The notes below the pieces were generated by a model. The model worked only from the letters and a program-made list of their open reading frames with translations, ran no database searches and had not been told where the DNA came from. A DNA stretch of 64,000 bases from Ministeria vibrans ATCC 50519 (Eukaryota; Protista; Filasterea), in contig CALSCP010002553.1 of NCBI GenBank assembly GCA_943704425.1, forward strand, positions 24,766-88,765, in the 5' to 3' direction. Within the stretch, counting starts at the first letter, position 1. Each line of letters starts with the position of its first letter. This document shows positions 17,131 to 30,528 of the stretch, one piece after another. The translations under genes and the position numbers were made by a program.

Positions 17131-20100
17131 TTATTGCTTGAATCCTTTGAGGAGCTTCTTAAAGTTTGTTCGCTGACTGACTGACTTCATGCCGAGCTCT
17201 TTCAAGGCATTCGCATCCGTCTCGGTTGCCAAAAGTCCCGCACCATCCACATCTACAAATACAACCAACACATTCGTGAATACTCGAACAGCGCATCGCT
17301 CCGTCTCCTTACTCTTTGCACGGAAGGCATCGACAAACGCCTCGAGTCCCTCCTGCTTCGACACCCAGTCGACCACCTCATCCACCGACCACATGGCAAT
17401 TTCACGCTCCTTCTCCGTCACAGGCGCTGCTCCTGACGAACTCAACCGTTGTGCACCCACAGCAGCACCTGAAACAAAAAAAAGAGACAAAATGTTAGGC
17501 AGTACAATTTTCAACACCCAACAAATTCAACACACCTGCTTTGAGCTGAGTCACTTGTGTGGTGAGTGCCTGAACCTGCGTCGTGGCCTTGGCCTCGGCC
17601 TCTTCGGCGCGTCGTGTCGCTTCGGCTAGTGCCACATTGGTTTGATCCAGCTCTGTCTTGGCACTCGCTAGCTGTGCCGTCTCGGCACTCAGCGTCTCCT
17701 TGGCCTCTGCCACCGCTGCCTCCAGCAATTCCACCCGCTCGCGCTGCTCCTCCGCCGTCGCCTTGGCCTCATCTGCTTGGGCCGACGTCGCTTCGACAGC
17801 AGCCTCAAGTTCACTCACGCGTGCCTTCAACGTCTCCACCTCCTGTGTCTGAGCACCCGACTCCGCCTTGAGCGACTCCACCTCGCTCTGAAGCTCCGCC
17901 GTCTGCTTGCTCAGCTCCTCGGCACGATGATCCGCCTCGGTCAGCTTCGCCTGTAATTCGCCGCCACTTGCTTCCGCCTGTGCCTCAAGCTCTGTCACGC
18001 GCTCCGTCTTGTTCGCCACCTCCGCTTGTGCCTCCGCCAACTCGCGCGCCACCGTCGTCTTCTCCTCCTCCAACGCGGCCACACGCGCACTCGTCTCTTC
18101 CAGACGCTGCTGTAACGACGCCAAAGTTGCACTCTCGTCGCCCTTGGCGGCCTCCAGTTGAGCCACAAGATTCGCTTCCTTGGCTGTCGCCGCCGCAACC
18201 GTCTCTTTGAGCGTCGCCACTGCAGCACGTTGCTCCTCGAGCGCACCCTCCAAACTGACACGCTGCTCTTCGGCGGCACTGTCCGCAGCCGACTGCTCCG
18301 CTTGAAGCGTAGCCACAACCGCACGCTGCTCGTCGGCGGCACTCACAGCACTTTGAAGCTTTGCCTCGAGCGATGCCACAGTCTCCTGCGCCTCGCGCGT
18401 TGTCTTCTCCGCCTCGTCAAGTCGCCCCTGCACCTCGCTCAAGGCCGAACTGTCGCTCGCACCACTTGTGGCGAGCTCTTCGAGACGCGCTTCGACCACT
18501 TGAAGTTTCTCGCGTGCCTCGCTCGTCGCCGACTCGGCCGCCACCACCTTGCCAAAGAGATCCCGGTTGATCGCCTCCGCTTCGTCGGCACGTCCTTCGT
18601 GCTGCTCCTGCAGCGCCTGTGCCGCCTGAAGCGCCTCATTCGCCGAGTCGCGTGCCTGTGACGCGGACTCTAGCTCCGTGCGCGCCTCACCCAGCTCGCG
18701 CTCCAGCGTGGCCAGTCGCTCTTCCGACGCCTTCTGCTCGTCACGGAGTGTTTCAACAACCGCACGTGTCTCGTCCAGTTGTGTCTGTAACTCGGCCGCA
18801 GCGCCACCCGCGCTAGCCGATGCGGCATGCGACGCCTCTTCTGCGTCCTTGGCACGCTTCTCCAGGGCCACCCTGTTCGCCTCGTGCGCCTTGTTGGCCT
18901 CGTCCAGCTGCGCCTGGACTTGGTCTCGCGTCGCCTCGGCTGCCGACACTTGCTCTTGCGCCGTCTTCAGCTGAGCCTCCGTATCACCCGCGGCCGCCCG
19001 CTGCGCTTCTGCTTCGCTCGTTGCCTTGCTCAGCTGTTCCTTTAGCGACGCCAATTCACTGTCACTCGCGTCCTTGGCCACATTGATACTTGCCAGCTGC
19101 TCCTTGAGCAACGCCAGTTCCGCATCACTCGCGATCTTGCTTTCCTTGAGAGACGTCAACTCAGCCTCACTCGCACCCTTGCTCTCCTCAGCCTTGCTCA
19201 GCTGCTCCTTGAGCGACTGCAGTTCGCTCTGCATTGCCTCGCTCTGGTCGGCCCCACCCCGTGACTCGCTCAGCTCCGCATCGAGTGCCTTGCACTTGTC
19301 CTCGAGCTCCTCGACCGTCTCCTCGGCCGTCTCCAAGTCCTTCTCGACCACCTCAACGTTGTGCTTGGCTTCGGCAAGCGCCGCCTCCACCTGTGACAGC
19401 TGCTTCTCCAGCTCGCCTACACGCGTCTCGTTGGCCGTCGACTTTTGCAGCGTCTCCGCCAGAAGCTCCTCGGTGGTCGCCGCAAGCTTGGCCTCGTCGC
19501 GCATCTTGCTCTCCAACTGGACAATCTGCTCGAGTGCTTCGCTCAGCTTCTCGTCAAAGTTGGAGCCGCTCGCGGAAACTTCCTCTTGCGCCGCCTTGAG
19601 ACGTGCTTCGGCCACAAGTGCATTTTCTTCGGCGGTCGTCAGACGCTCCTGCAGCGTTCGCAATCGCTGGTCCTTGGCAGCGACCTCGTCGTTGAGCGCC
19701 GACACCGCCTTGTCCGCAATGGCCACCTTGTCGGCACACTCGACGTCCTTCTCCTCGGCACGCAAGGCAGCCTCCGCCAGGGCAATGTCCAAGTCACGTT
19801 GTTTCTCCTCGGACACACGCAACTTCTCCTGCACCTCGAGAAGCGTGGCGGCGCTCGCCGTCGCCGTCGCCGCCGACGACGTCGCAACGCCCTCCGACAG
19901 CTCCTTGTTCTCCGCCTCGAGCAATGCCACCTGCTCCTCGGCAGCCGTCAGTCGGTCCTCCGTGTCCACCAACAGCTGTTCCGTCTCAAGCAGATGTTTC
20001 TTAAGCTCCTCCATTTGCTTGGCGACCTTGGCCTCACGGTCAATCGAGACAGACGTGACACCCGCCGAGGTCTTGCGACGCAGCTTGGCTTCCGTGTTCG

Positions 20101-22700
20101 TGAGCATGGTCTCCAGCTCCTCAACACGATCTTCGGCCGTCTTGGCGCGCGTGTCCGCATCGTTGATCTTGCCAATGGCATCGCCCACTTGGGTGCGCAA
20201 CGATCGGATTTGCGTCTCCTGTTGCTGCACGCGGTCCTGCAGTCCGCGAAGCTCGCGCTCTGCCGTCGACGCTCGCATCTCAGCCTCCTCCAGTGCATCC
20301 TCGTCTGCAGCCAAACTTGGTGGCCCGTCCCCATGGGCACCGCTGCCGCCCGCATGACTCTCGCGCAATTGCTCCAGGTCTGTGGTCACCTGTGCCAACT
20401 CGAGTTCCAGAGCCTCAATCTCGGCGCGGCTCTTGGTGCGCAACTCCTCAAGCTGCTTGAGGGCCGCCTCGCCGCCAGCCTCACCCGTGCTCGCCGCCGC
20501 AGCCGTTGCGGCGGCAAGCAAAGTGCGCAACTCCTCTAGCTCGCCATGCATGTCGGCGAGGCTGTCGGTAGCGGCGTCAAAGCGCTGCTCGGCATCCTCG
20601 GCGCGCGCCAGTGCCTCCTCCTTCTCGGCAATGGTCTCTTCAAGGACGCTCTGTGTTGCGGCAACGGTCGCCTCGAGGTCGTTTACGCGCTCCTCCACCT
20701 TGCCCGACGCAGATGCTGCAATGACGGCTGCCTCCTGCTTCTGCAGACGCAAGTTGGCCTCGCGCAAATCCTTGTCGAGCACCTTGATGCGTGCCTCGGC
20801 GATCGTGGCACGCTCCAGGGACTGCTGCACGGCGAGATCAGCTTGTCCTGCCGAGTCAGCCAGCAACACGAGTGCCGACTCGGCAGCGTCTGCCTTGGCC
20901 TTGGCCGCTTCGAGAGCCACCTCGGCTTCCTGGTGACCCACAATCACATCGGCGAGTGCCTGTTCGGCCACCTCGCCGTGCGCTACAGCGTCCTCGAGTT
21001 GCGACGACAGCGTCAACACTTCCGTCTTGGACTCGACCAGCTGAGCCTTGAGCGTATCCAGCTTGGTCTGCAGCGCCTGCGCGGCCTTTTCGGCTTTGGT
21101 TGCGCGCGACTCAGCTCGCGTGGTGCAGTCCTTGGCCTCCTTCACCTTAAGGTCGACTTCCGCCTGGGTCACCGAGTGCTGTGCTTGGCCTGCCTCGGAG
21201 TTGAGTCGAAGCGACTCGATGACCTCCAGTTGAGCCGATTGGGTCTCTTCGTGCTCCTGAATGGCGTCCACAAGCGCCTGTTCGCCCGCCTCTGCTCGGT
21301 CCGTCATCTGCTGCAGCTGTTCCTGTGCCTCGGCGAGTTCTCCCTCGAGACGGTTGATGCTCTCACGCATCGCCTTAGCACTGCCCATTGACGTGTCCTT
21401 GGCGCTCGTCAGCTCGCTGCGCAACTTGGTCTGTTCCGCCGCGGCATCTTTGAGTCGTCGCTCGGTCGCCTCGGTGCTTGTCTCCAGCTCGACGAGACGC
21501 AGCTTGAGGGCCGTCTCGGAGGCGGTGCGCTGCTGTAGGGCCGTCTCAGTTGCCTTAAGACGTTCCTCGAGTGCCTTGGTGGCATCTCCGCCGGCATCAC
21601 GCGTCGATTGCGCGAGTCGTTCCGAGTCGTAGGCGCGCGCTTCGGCAGCGGCGAGGCGTTCTTGGAGTGCCAGGGCAGCACGCGCACGCGATTTTTTGTC
21701 CTCCTTGGCCTGCTCCAACGCCTTGTTCGACGCCTTCAGTTTGCCCTCTTGATCCTTGAGCTTGGCCATGAGTGCCAGTGCGGCGGACTCTTTGCTTTTC
21801 AGCTGAGACTCAAGCTCGCCGATGCGCTGCTCAAACTGACTTGTGTCCACGGCCGGGGCCATCTTGGACGCAACAGCAGGCTTGGTAGCCTTGGACACCG
21901 GTGGCGGTGCTGTCTTTTCCGCGGCAGGTTTGGCCACGGCTGGCTTGGTTGCGGTGGCCACTGGCGGAGGCGCTGGCTTGCTTGCTGAAAGAGACAACAA
22001 CAGACGGTGTGAGTCGCTCTCGCACCATCCTACGATGGGCGGACATACCAGGTGGGGGTGCGGTGATTGTCGGTTTGGTGCGCACCGCAGGGGGGGCCTA
22101 CACAAGAGACAAGAGTGCGAAGAAGGTTTGTTTGTGACTCAGTCCAATGCAGGAAAAAAAAANNNNNNNNNNAAAAAAAAAAAAGTGATAATGAGAAGAA
22201 AAGAGAAAATGCAAAAGGATGTGGGAAGGTGAGGAGGGGAGGAGAGAATAGCCAGCGTGCTGGTGGCAGGGATGGGGTGTGGAAGGGGAAGGATGTCTTG
22301 GGTGTACCTCTGATGGTTTTGGGGTGGTTGCACCAGGAGGTTTCGAGAGGGCTCTGGGGAATCGAGGGGGCGGTGCCGATGCGGGGCTGGGCGCAGTGGA
22401 CGCGTCAGGGGTGTCGGCAGCCTCGGGGGCCTTGGAGACGACGCGGGTGCTTGCGGCGCGCGGTGGTTTGGACGGAAGCGGTTTCTTTGTTGGGATGGAC
22501 GGCGCAAGGTCGCCGGCGGACGCTTTGCGGGCCAGCTCGTCGGGATCTTGTAAAGGAGTGTGTCGCGTCGGCGGCTGAGGCTTCGGCTTGGGTTGTGGTT
22601 GCGGTGGGGTTGCTGTAGACGGAGAATCGTCCAGGATGGCCGACGAGCGGAGCGCCGTCTCCGCCGATCGCGACGGCAACGGAGGAGGTCTCTTCGACAT
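17131..22700 (-). CDS. Very long coiled-coil protein with Pro-rich N-terminus and C-terminal SAM domain
   Basis: About 1400 aa of Ala/Glu/Leu heptads; N-terminal PxxP-rich exons; C-terminal WSVDEVVDWV..EGLEAFVDAFR..DVDGAGLL....LKELGM is SAM consensus. Confidence 0.8.
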
Positions 22701-23009
22701 TGACAGACAAGTCGGTAACGATACGATGCCACGTACCAGAGAACGAATAATATTATAACATTAAAATTTAAACATGTCATAACATTTGTTTCAGTTTCTC
22801 TGATTTAATTCCCACTGCCCACGGACCTCACTGTATGTCGATTGTCGAGTAAATACTTAATACTAAACAGTGCCGACTGCCGACTCGCCATTGACGAGTG
22901 GCGACATTGCGCGCGACTCTGTATTGTATTTGTTATCTCAACTGACAGATCAAAAATCTCATTCTTTTTTTCTACTTCTTTTTCTTTACCACATTTACAT
23001 ACATTCACT

Positions 23010-26000
23010 ATGTCGAAGCCATCTATGACAGGAGGAGGTACACTTTTAGAGCCTAGTGTTTTTTTTTCTTTTTTGTATTTCTCCTTTTCAAGTTCGCTCC
23101 ACTTGAAGGATCGCACTCGCCCATCCCAACCCCCCACTTGCGATCAACGTGTCATGGTGCAGTAGTTCAATCGTAGCGACGCTGCTGTCACTTCTCTGTT
23201 GCCTAAACAGCGAAAATGGTTTTTTTTTTTTTTTTTTTTTTTTTTTNNNNNNNNNNCTTGTCGAGGCCGCCACTGCCATTCGCCAGGTTGCCGATACCCT
23301 CCCCACCTCTCAGTTTTTTTTTGCTGTTTGTATCTGTCGCTCCCGGCTCAATACGGCCGTGTCTTGCTTCGACGTTGCGCGCATCGCGACGGACGACACG
23401 TGTATGATGGAGTGGCGCGCAGCGCGCTGCGATGCGTGGCTGTTTGCCCCTCTGTTTGACGTCGATGCTTTGCGGCGTCACATTCGCAGCGCATTCGCTT
23501 CGTCTCTCGTCGCCGTCGTCGCCCGCACGGATCCCGACCGGCCCTTGCTCACTCCCATATGCCTCGCACTCACGACTGGCGGACTCTCGATGTGTCGGAT
23601 TTTTCGTCAGTAGTCAAACAAAAAAAGCAAACCAATGAGAAAAGGGAACTTTGCGTCGCTCCTGCTTTGGCAGGCTCCAATGCGCAGCGCCTCTCTGCCT
23701 GCAGGGTGCGGGCAGGGCGGCTTCACTCGGTCGCTCCAATCCCTTCTCTGCTTCTTTCTCTCCTTTCGCTTTTGGCTTTTTTTTTTTTTCTGGCTTTGTT
23801 TTTCGGGGAATGCTTTGTTTTCGTCGTCGTTCGACGCTGCAGCCCCAATTTCCACCGGCCTCTACGGATTGTCTCTCGAACACTTTCCCTTTAGATTGCT
23901 GCAAAAGGATCTACACTATCGTGACCGATTCCTTTTCCTTTTGCCTTTTTTTTTTCTCCTTATTTGCCGAAAAAAATCGTGACGACATGATTAATTTACA
24001 AAGATCGTTTGTTTCGAATGCGCATTCCCTCTTTGCCGCTTTGTCATGTTGCAACAAGGCAAATGCTGTGCCCCGATGCAGCACTCTGCGTCCGGACAAC
24101 GCCAGCAAAACCGCTTTTGTCCTTTGTTACTACTACTCCGCATTTTCGTTTGACTCTCTCGTTTCTTTTTGAGCAGTCTCATCTGTGTTCTTCATCGTCT
24201 TCTGTTTTTTTTCCCCTGCTCTTTATATTACTCTTTATTATTACGATTATTATGTATTAATAATTTTTTCAATAATAATATTAATTATTTTCTTGTCTGT
24301 TTGGTTTAGTCGACATTGCCTTCAAGGGTGCAGGAGCCAAGGTTGGACTGGAGGTCTGGCGCATTGAGAAGATGAAGCCCATCCAGGTAATGTCTGCCTG
24401 ACTCTTTGGGGCATGTCCCTAATAACGTATCTCCTTTTTTCCCTTTAATATTAGATTACGGATCAGCGCAAGTTTGGTCAGTTCCACACGGGCGACTCGT
24501 ACATTGTGCTGCAGACGAAGAAACGCTCGACGGCGCTGGAGTGGCACATCTTCTTCTGGCTTGGCAAGGAAACGAGCCAGGACGAGATGGGCGTGGCGGC
24601 GTACAAGACAGTGGAGCTTGACGACTCGCTCGGTGGCGCACCCATTCAGCATCGTGAGGTGCAGGAGCACGAGAGCAACGAGTTCCTCTCCATCTTCAAG
24701 GACGGCATCAAGTACCTCAAGGGAGGCGTCGACACGGGCTTCAAGCACGTCGACCGCGAGGCGTTTGAGACGCGTCTGCTTCACATCAAGGGCAAGCGCA
24801 ACGTACGCGTCTCGCCCGTCGAGGTCAAGGGCACGTCGCTCAACAAGGGCGACGTCTTTGTGCTCGACGTCGGTCGCACTCTGTACCAGTGGAACGGCTC
24901 GGGCTCGAGTCGCTCGGAGCGCATCAAGGGCCTCGAGGTCACCAAGAAGATTTCGGCCAACGAGCGCGGTGGCAAGTGCGAGATTATTATCATTGAGGAC
25001 GGCAACGACGACGACAGCGCCTTCTTCCAGGCGCTCGGTGGCAAGCCGTCGCACATTAAGTCGGCCGAAGAGGGCGGCGACGATGCAGGCTTTGAGCGTG
25101 CTCTCTTGGCCAACACCAAGCTGTACAAGGTGTCGGATGCCAGCGGCAAGCTGCAGGTGTCCGAGATCGGCACGGTGCCCCTCAAGCAGACCATGCTCGA
25201 CACCAACGACTGCTTCATCGTCGACCAGAGTGGCCAGGCACTCTTTGTTTGGGTCGGCAAGGGCTCGTCGGCACAAGAGAAGAAACAGTCGATGATCACG
25301 GCGCAAAACTTCATCACGCAGAAGAAGTACAAATCGCACATTCCCGTCACACGTGTCGTCGAGTCGGGCGAGACGCCGCTGTTCAAGGCCAACTTCCAGG
25401 ACTGGAAGGACCCCAACGCCATGAAGCCGGGCTCGTTCCTCTCCAAGCCCGGTGGCAACATTGCCAAGGTAGAGCAGAAGAAGATTGATCTCGCCGCCAT
25501 GCACGCCAAGAAGGTGCGCGAGCAGGAGATGCTCGTCGACGACGGCAACGGCAAGCTCGACATTTACCGCGTCGAGAACTTCCAGCTCGCCGCCTGGCCC
25601 AAGGATCAGTACGGCCAGTTCTACGGCGGTGACTCGTACGTCATGCTGTACGCGTACAAGGACAAGCGTGGCAAGGAGGCCTGGATTATCTACTTCTGGC
25701 AGGGCCTCGCGTCGACGCAAGACGAGAAGGGCGCGTCTGCTCTGCTCGCCATGAAGATGGACGACGAGCTCGGTGGTGCACCCGTGCAGGTGCGCGTTGT
25801 GCAGGGCAAGGAGCCCGAGCACTTCCTGCGCATGTTCAAGGGTCGCATGATCATCCACGAGGGTGGCGCTGCCAGCGGCTTCAAGAATGTCAACGCTAAG
25901 GATTCGTACGACACGGACGGCACGCGCCTCTTCCAGGTGCGTGGCACCAACGGCTTCAACACACGCGCTGTGCAGGTGAAGGAACGCTGTGCGTCGCTCA

Positions 26001-27109
26001 ACTCCAACGACTCGTTCATCCTCGAGTCGCCCGGCGGCTGCTTTGCCTGGTTCGGCAAGGGCGCGACCGGCGACGAGCGCGAGTTTGCCAAGAGCATCTC
26101 GCGCATGGTGTGCCCCGGCCGCGAGGTCGACAACATCATGGAGGGCAGCGAACCGGAGGCCTTCTGGTCGGCGCTCGGTGGCAAGACCGAGTACGCGAAC
26201 GCAGTGACGCTGTCGATGCCCGAGGAGGAGTTTGAGGCGCGTCTCTTCCTCTGCTCCAACAACAAGGGCTACTTCTACGTCGAGGAGCTCTTCAACTACG
26301 ACCAGGAAGACCTCATCGAGGAGGACGTCATGATCCTCGACGCCGGCAAGGAAGTCTTTGTTTGGATTGGCAAGGGCGCCAACGACACGGAGCGCAAGAT
26401 GGCCATGGACACGGTGCAAAAGTACGTCACCAGCGATCCGGGCGCTCGCGATCCCGACACGCCCATTATGCGCGTCACCCAGGGTGCTGAGCCGCCAAAC
26501 TTTACGGGCCACTTCTTCGCGTGGAACCCCGACAAGTGGAGCGACGGCAAGTCGTACGAGGAGCTCAAGGGGGATCTCACCGGCAGCGAGGCGGCTCCCG
26601 TCACCTTCACTGCACAGTCGGCGCCTCCGCCGCAAATCAAAAACTCGTCTGGAAACCCCGCTAACGTTGGTCGCAGCTTTGTCTCGGCTGCACCAACCCC
26701 GTCTGGCGGTGCTGCAGTGCCCCGTGCCACCGGCGGCTACGGTTCGGGACGCGGTGCCACGTCGGCACAGCGTCTGGGTCCGGGCTCAGCTGCGCTCGCG
26801 TCATCTGGCAACAAGAAGGTGTCGGGTGCGGGCAACCTGTTCCAGGGTGTGCCGCTCGGCGACTCTAACAAGGACTCGGGTCCGTCCGTCGAGGGTCTTA
26901 GCACCTCGTCACCCATGGGCGTGACCCACCCTGTGCACGCGCTGCAGTGCACCGCCGACTGCCTGCCGAGCGATGTCGACGCGGACACGCGAGAGATGTG
27001 GCTGAGCGAGCGTGACTTTGTCTCTCTCTTCAAGATGAACCACGACGCCTGGTCCAAGATCCCCGCCTGGAAGAAGAAGACGCTCAAGAAGGACGTGGGT
27101 CTCTGGTAG
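23010..27109 (+). CDS. VIL: Villin (six gelsolin repeats plus headpiece); exons 23010-23037 (inferred), 24310-24386, 24455-27109
   Basis: GLEVWRIE, GQFHTGDSYIVL, IFFWLGKETSQDEMGVAAYKTVELDDSLGG, LNKGDVFVLD; headpiece WLSERDFVSLFKM...WKKKTLKKDVGLW. Confidence 0.95.
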
Positions 27110-27394
27110 AAACAGCGACCTATTGCATGAGAGTGTTGTGTGCGTGTGAAAGAGGGAAGGGGGGTTGTGGCTGTGAGTGGGTGCACATGTGTTTGGCTCT
27201 TTTATTTTTCTTATCTTCTTGTCGTTTTCGTTTTTGTTCTGTGCTTTTTTATTCTAATTGTGCGTGTGCAAATGAAGATGGCTCTATAAACTTTTCTACC
27301 AGTAATTACAATTTGGATTCCTTGCGTGTTTGTCTTCTCTCAATGTTTTCCATGGCCCTTGAGAATATTTACATTTTGCACTAGTGACAAAGAT

Positions 27395-28634
27395 TTACGA
27401 TTGTTTGGTGGCTGTGACAAGAATGCATTCAAGAGGGGCGCGACGAGTCGCAGCGGCATCCATGAGCCAGCGGGCAACGGCAAACCCGCTCCATGCAGCG
27501 GGGCGGGTGGTATGGGCAAGGGCAGAGTGGTGGGTGCGGATGAAGGTAGCAAAGCCAGCAAAGACGTGCGGCGAGAGACACTCCGTGTGGATCTGTGTGA
27601 AGCCGCACTGACGCAGACGGTCGGTGTACGCAGCGCAATCGTAGAGGTTGGCAGGGGGGACACATGCCAGGTATGCCACAATTCGATCAATCAGAGTCAC
27701 TAAAACATTATAATAGCATTATTGCATCTAATATTATTGCATTTATTGTGGCGTTTAATTTTTTTTTTTACCTTTGTGTCCGTCTGTAAGACAAAAATCG
27801 ACAATAGCAAGTTTGCCTTGGTCGCGGAGAACGCGATGGGATTCGCGGAAAAAATCTTCGCGAGTGACAAAGTGATAAGCAGAGTCGAGTGAGAGCACTC
27901 GATCCAACGAATCGCTAGGACAAGACGCAAAACGGCTCAGTAGTGTGCGGCTATGTCGCATTGTACAAGATGTGCGCTTACGCTTCGGCTGGAAGATTCA
28001 CAGCTGAGGCAACACGTGCTCTAATTTCGACATGGTTTGCCGGAGAGGTGGCGAGGAGAGCGTGTGCTCGGATGTTGGCCTGGTCCACCTGAGCGGCACT
28101 CAGGTCAATGCCGACAATGTGCGATGCCTCGGTCGTCTGGGCGCACAGGAGCATTTGATCGCCACACCCGCAACCTACATCGAGAACAGAGTGGCCCTTT
28201 TCAATGGAGGCGGCAGCGAGAAGGCGGCTTGAGAGCGCACGACACGCCTCGACAAAGTTGGTTGTGTCCGTCCACAACCCAAAGTTCATCCACTGCGACT
28301 CGGGCACTTGCATGTTCAACAGGGCGCGCTAAGAGTGGAGCATGAAATAGCATGTGAGTATATTCGGCGGCAAGGGAATGTCACAGAAAGCCGTCCTGGC
28401 GCGCACCTGAGAGAGTTTAGGGTCATACATGACAGCAACACGCGAACTTTGCAGCCATTCCCTCACAAAGCCAGCGACTGACGCGGCAGCGCGCACCGCC
28501 TGAAGGCCAGCTATGCCAACGAGAAGTCCTAAAAGTGTGTGTGTGTGTGTGATCGGGCGTAAGATGAGGCATGATGGTGAAACGAGAGTCCAACCGAGCG
28601 TGAAGTCAATGATGAATAAGAGTAAAGTTTTCAT
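27395..28634 (-). CDS. Class I SAM-dependent methyltransferase with N-terminal hydrophobic anchor
   Basis: WMNFGLW, motif I VLDVGCGCG, IVGIDLS, DRVLSLDSAYHF, ESHRVLR..GKLAIVD; 4-5 exons. Confidence 0.85.
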
Positions 28635-28823
28635 TATTTATTTACAACGAGTGTACGAGGCCGAGGCCATACACATTTGATATTACAATGAGATCTCAGA
28701 ACTCGCACTATCGATCACTAAACTTAGATACATACTGAGCGATTGAGGGGCGATTGAGCGACCGAACAGAAAAGTACAATTCTATTTTCTAACTCATTAT
28801 ATTTTTTGATACACCACTCTCTG

Positions 28824-29126
28824 ATGGAGCCTCTGTCAAAGATTCTTCCCAGGCGACCCCCGGCGGAAGTGGCTGAGGATGGAGACGACGACGAGGAGCC
28901 TGTGGACGAGGATGGCGTCCCTTTAGCGTTTCGCGCGCTTTTAGAGTCGAGCGGTGATGAGGAAGACAACGACGAGGGCAAGGGCGACGAGGACGACAAG
29001 GAGGCGCCGGGCAGGGACGCCTCGCACGACAGACACACGAGAAACAAGCGACGTGCGATGGTATTGAGCCACTCACTATTTTCCTCTTCACTTTGTTGAC
29101 ACTTCTCTTTCTATTTTGTACTCTCT

Positions 29127-29161
<35 letters not shown>

Positions 29162-30280
29162 GAAAGCCGATTTGAAAACGTCAACGCACACTGTTGCACG
29201 TGACACCAATGTTGCTGCGCGTCTCAAGTCGGCGAAGACGGCCAAGTTCCACGGCGCATTTGACTCGCAGGAAGTCATGTTGTTGATCAAGGCAAAGGAC
29301 ATTGCCAAGAGCGAGTACGTGAGTGCGTGCGGTGTGTGGCATTCCGTTCTCTCTGCGTAGATCACTCTCTGCTCATTCTCTTCTCTCTTTCACACAAACA
29401 CACACACACACGCTCTGCGGATCACTCTTTGCTTGCTCTCTGCTCACACACACTCTCTCTGCTCTCTTCCTTTCTCTTTCTCTCTCTTCTCGTGTAGGGA
29501 AGAACTGATGCAAGTTGCCGAATATCTTATTCCTCGAGCCTACCCTGAGGTGATTCGTGGTATGCCGTACTCGAGGGGTTGTCTAATTAGCTAACTCATC
29601 CTTCCTCTTCTTCAGAACAACTTGAGTCACCCGAATTTGCACAGGCGTATGAAAATCACCAGATGGCGCGCACGACAAGCCAACAAAGACATGCGCGTCG
29701 TGAACGAGGCAAAGAGCGTCCTGGAGAGGTGCGATTTCGTGTGCACCGCGTCGACGACACTGAAGAAAGTGAACACCACTACAGAAACACACGCCTGTCC
29801 CCAGTCGCGACCACGACCACAACAATGGCGATGCGCGACAAAACAACACCCAAAGCATCTTCTTCAGCACTACCAGCATCATCATCATCAGCGTCAACAG
29901 CAGTAGCAACGGTAGCAACGACACGCGGTGCCGCTGAGGCGTCTCGGGCACCCACAGCCACATACCCGCGCCCGCGCACCCCATACTACGCTCACTCTCA
30001 CCAGCACGCACAGCAGCGCATTGCGCATCTCACCCATGCCATGGACTCGGCTCTCCACCTGACAGTCAACCAGCGCTTCCCACGGCCACCCACACAACTC
30101 ACGCGTGCGCAACAAGCGTATGTTGTGCGTCTGCAGTCCCACATGGACCGTGTACTCTGTCTGCCTCCGCCCAAGCCCCTCGCGCCCCATCCTGCCGGTG
30201 TCGTTCCTTTTGTCTTTGCCAAGCGCCCTCTCTCCACAGAGGCGACGTACGCCCGAAAGAGAGCCAAATTTGTCAAATGA
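28824..30280 (+). CDS. Hypothetical nuclear protein, possible degenerate Myb/SANT-like segment
   Basis: Four exons join in phase; acidic N-terminus; GAFDSQEVMLLIKA...QVAEYLIPR loosely Myb-like; basic C-terminus RKRAK. Confidence 0.5.
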
Positions 30281-30528
30281 AATACAAATTGTATAATATT
30301 TTATTATAATAGCTCGATTCTCTATTATTTTCTTTTTTATAATAGAATCAAATAATAATTATAAGAATTACTTCATTATAAAGAGTAAACTTACTAAACT
30401 AGCAAAAGTCAAAACTTAACAGTCAAATCATAATCTGAGATTTTTGTAAAATTTAATAATAATTATTTTGATTTGTTCTTCTTCTGACTTGTGAATCTTT
30501 TTTTTTCGTTGCAACCCCTTAAAGTAAA

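Noticed and set aside
17566-21988. Many long plus-strand ORFs opposite the coiled-coil gene
   Set aside because: Antisense shadows of a GC-rich, Ala/Glu-biased coding strand
24419-26635. 738-aa antisense ORF over villin
   Set aside because: Shadow of strong C/G-ending codon bias on the sense strand; no recognisable domain
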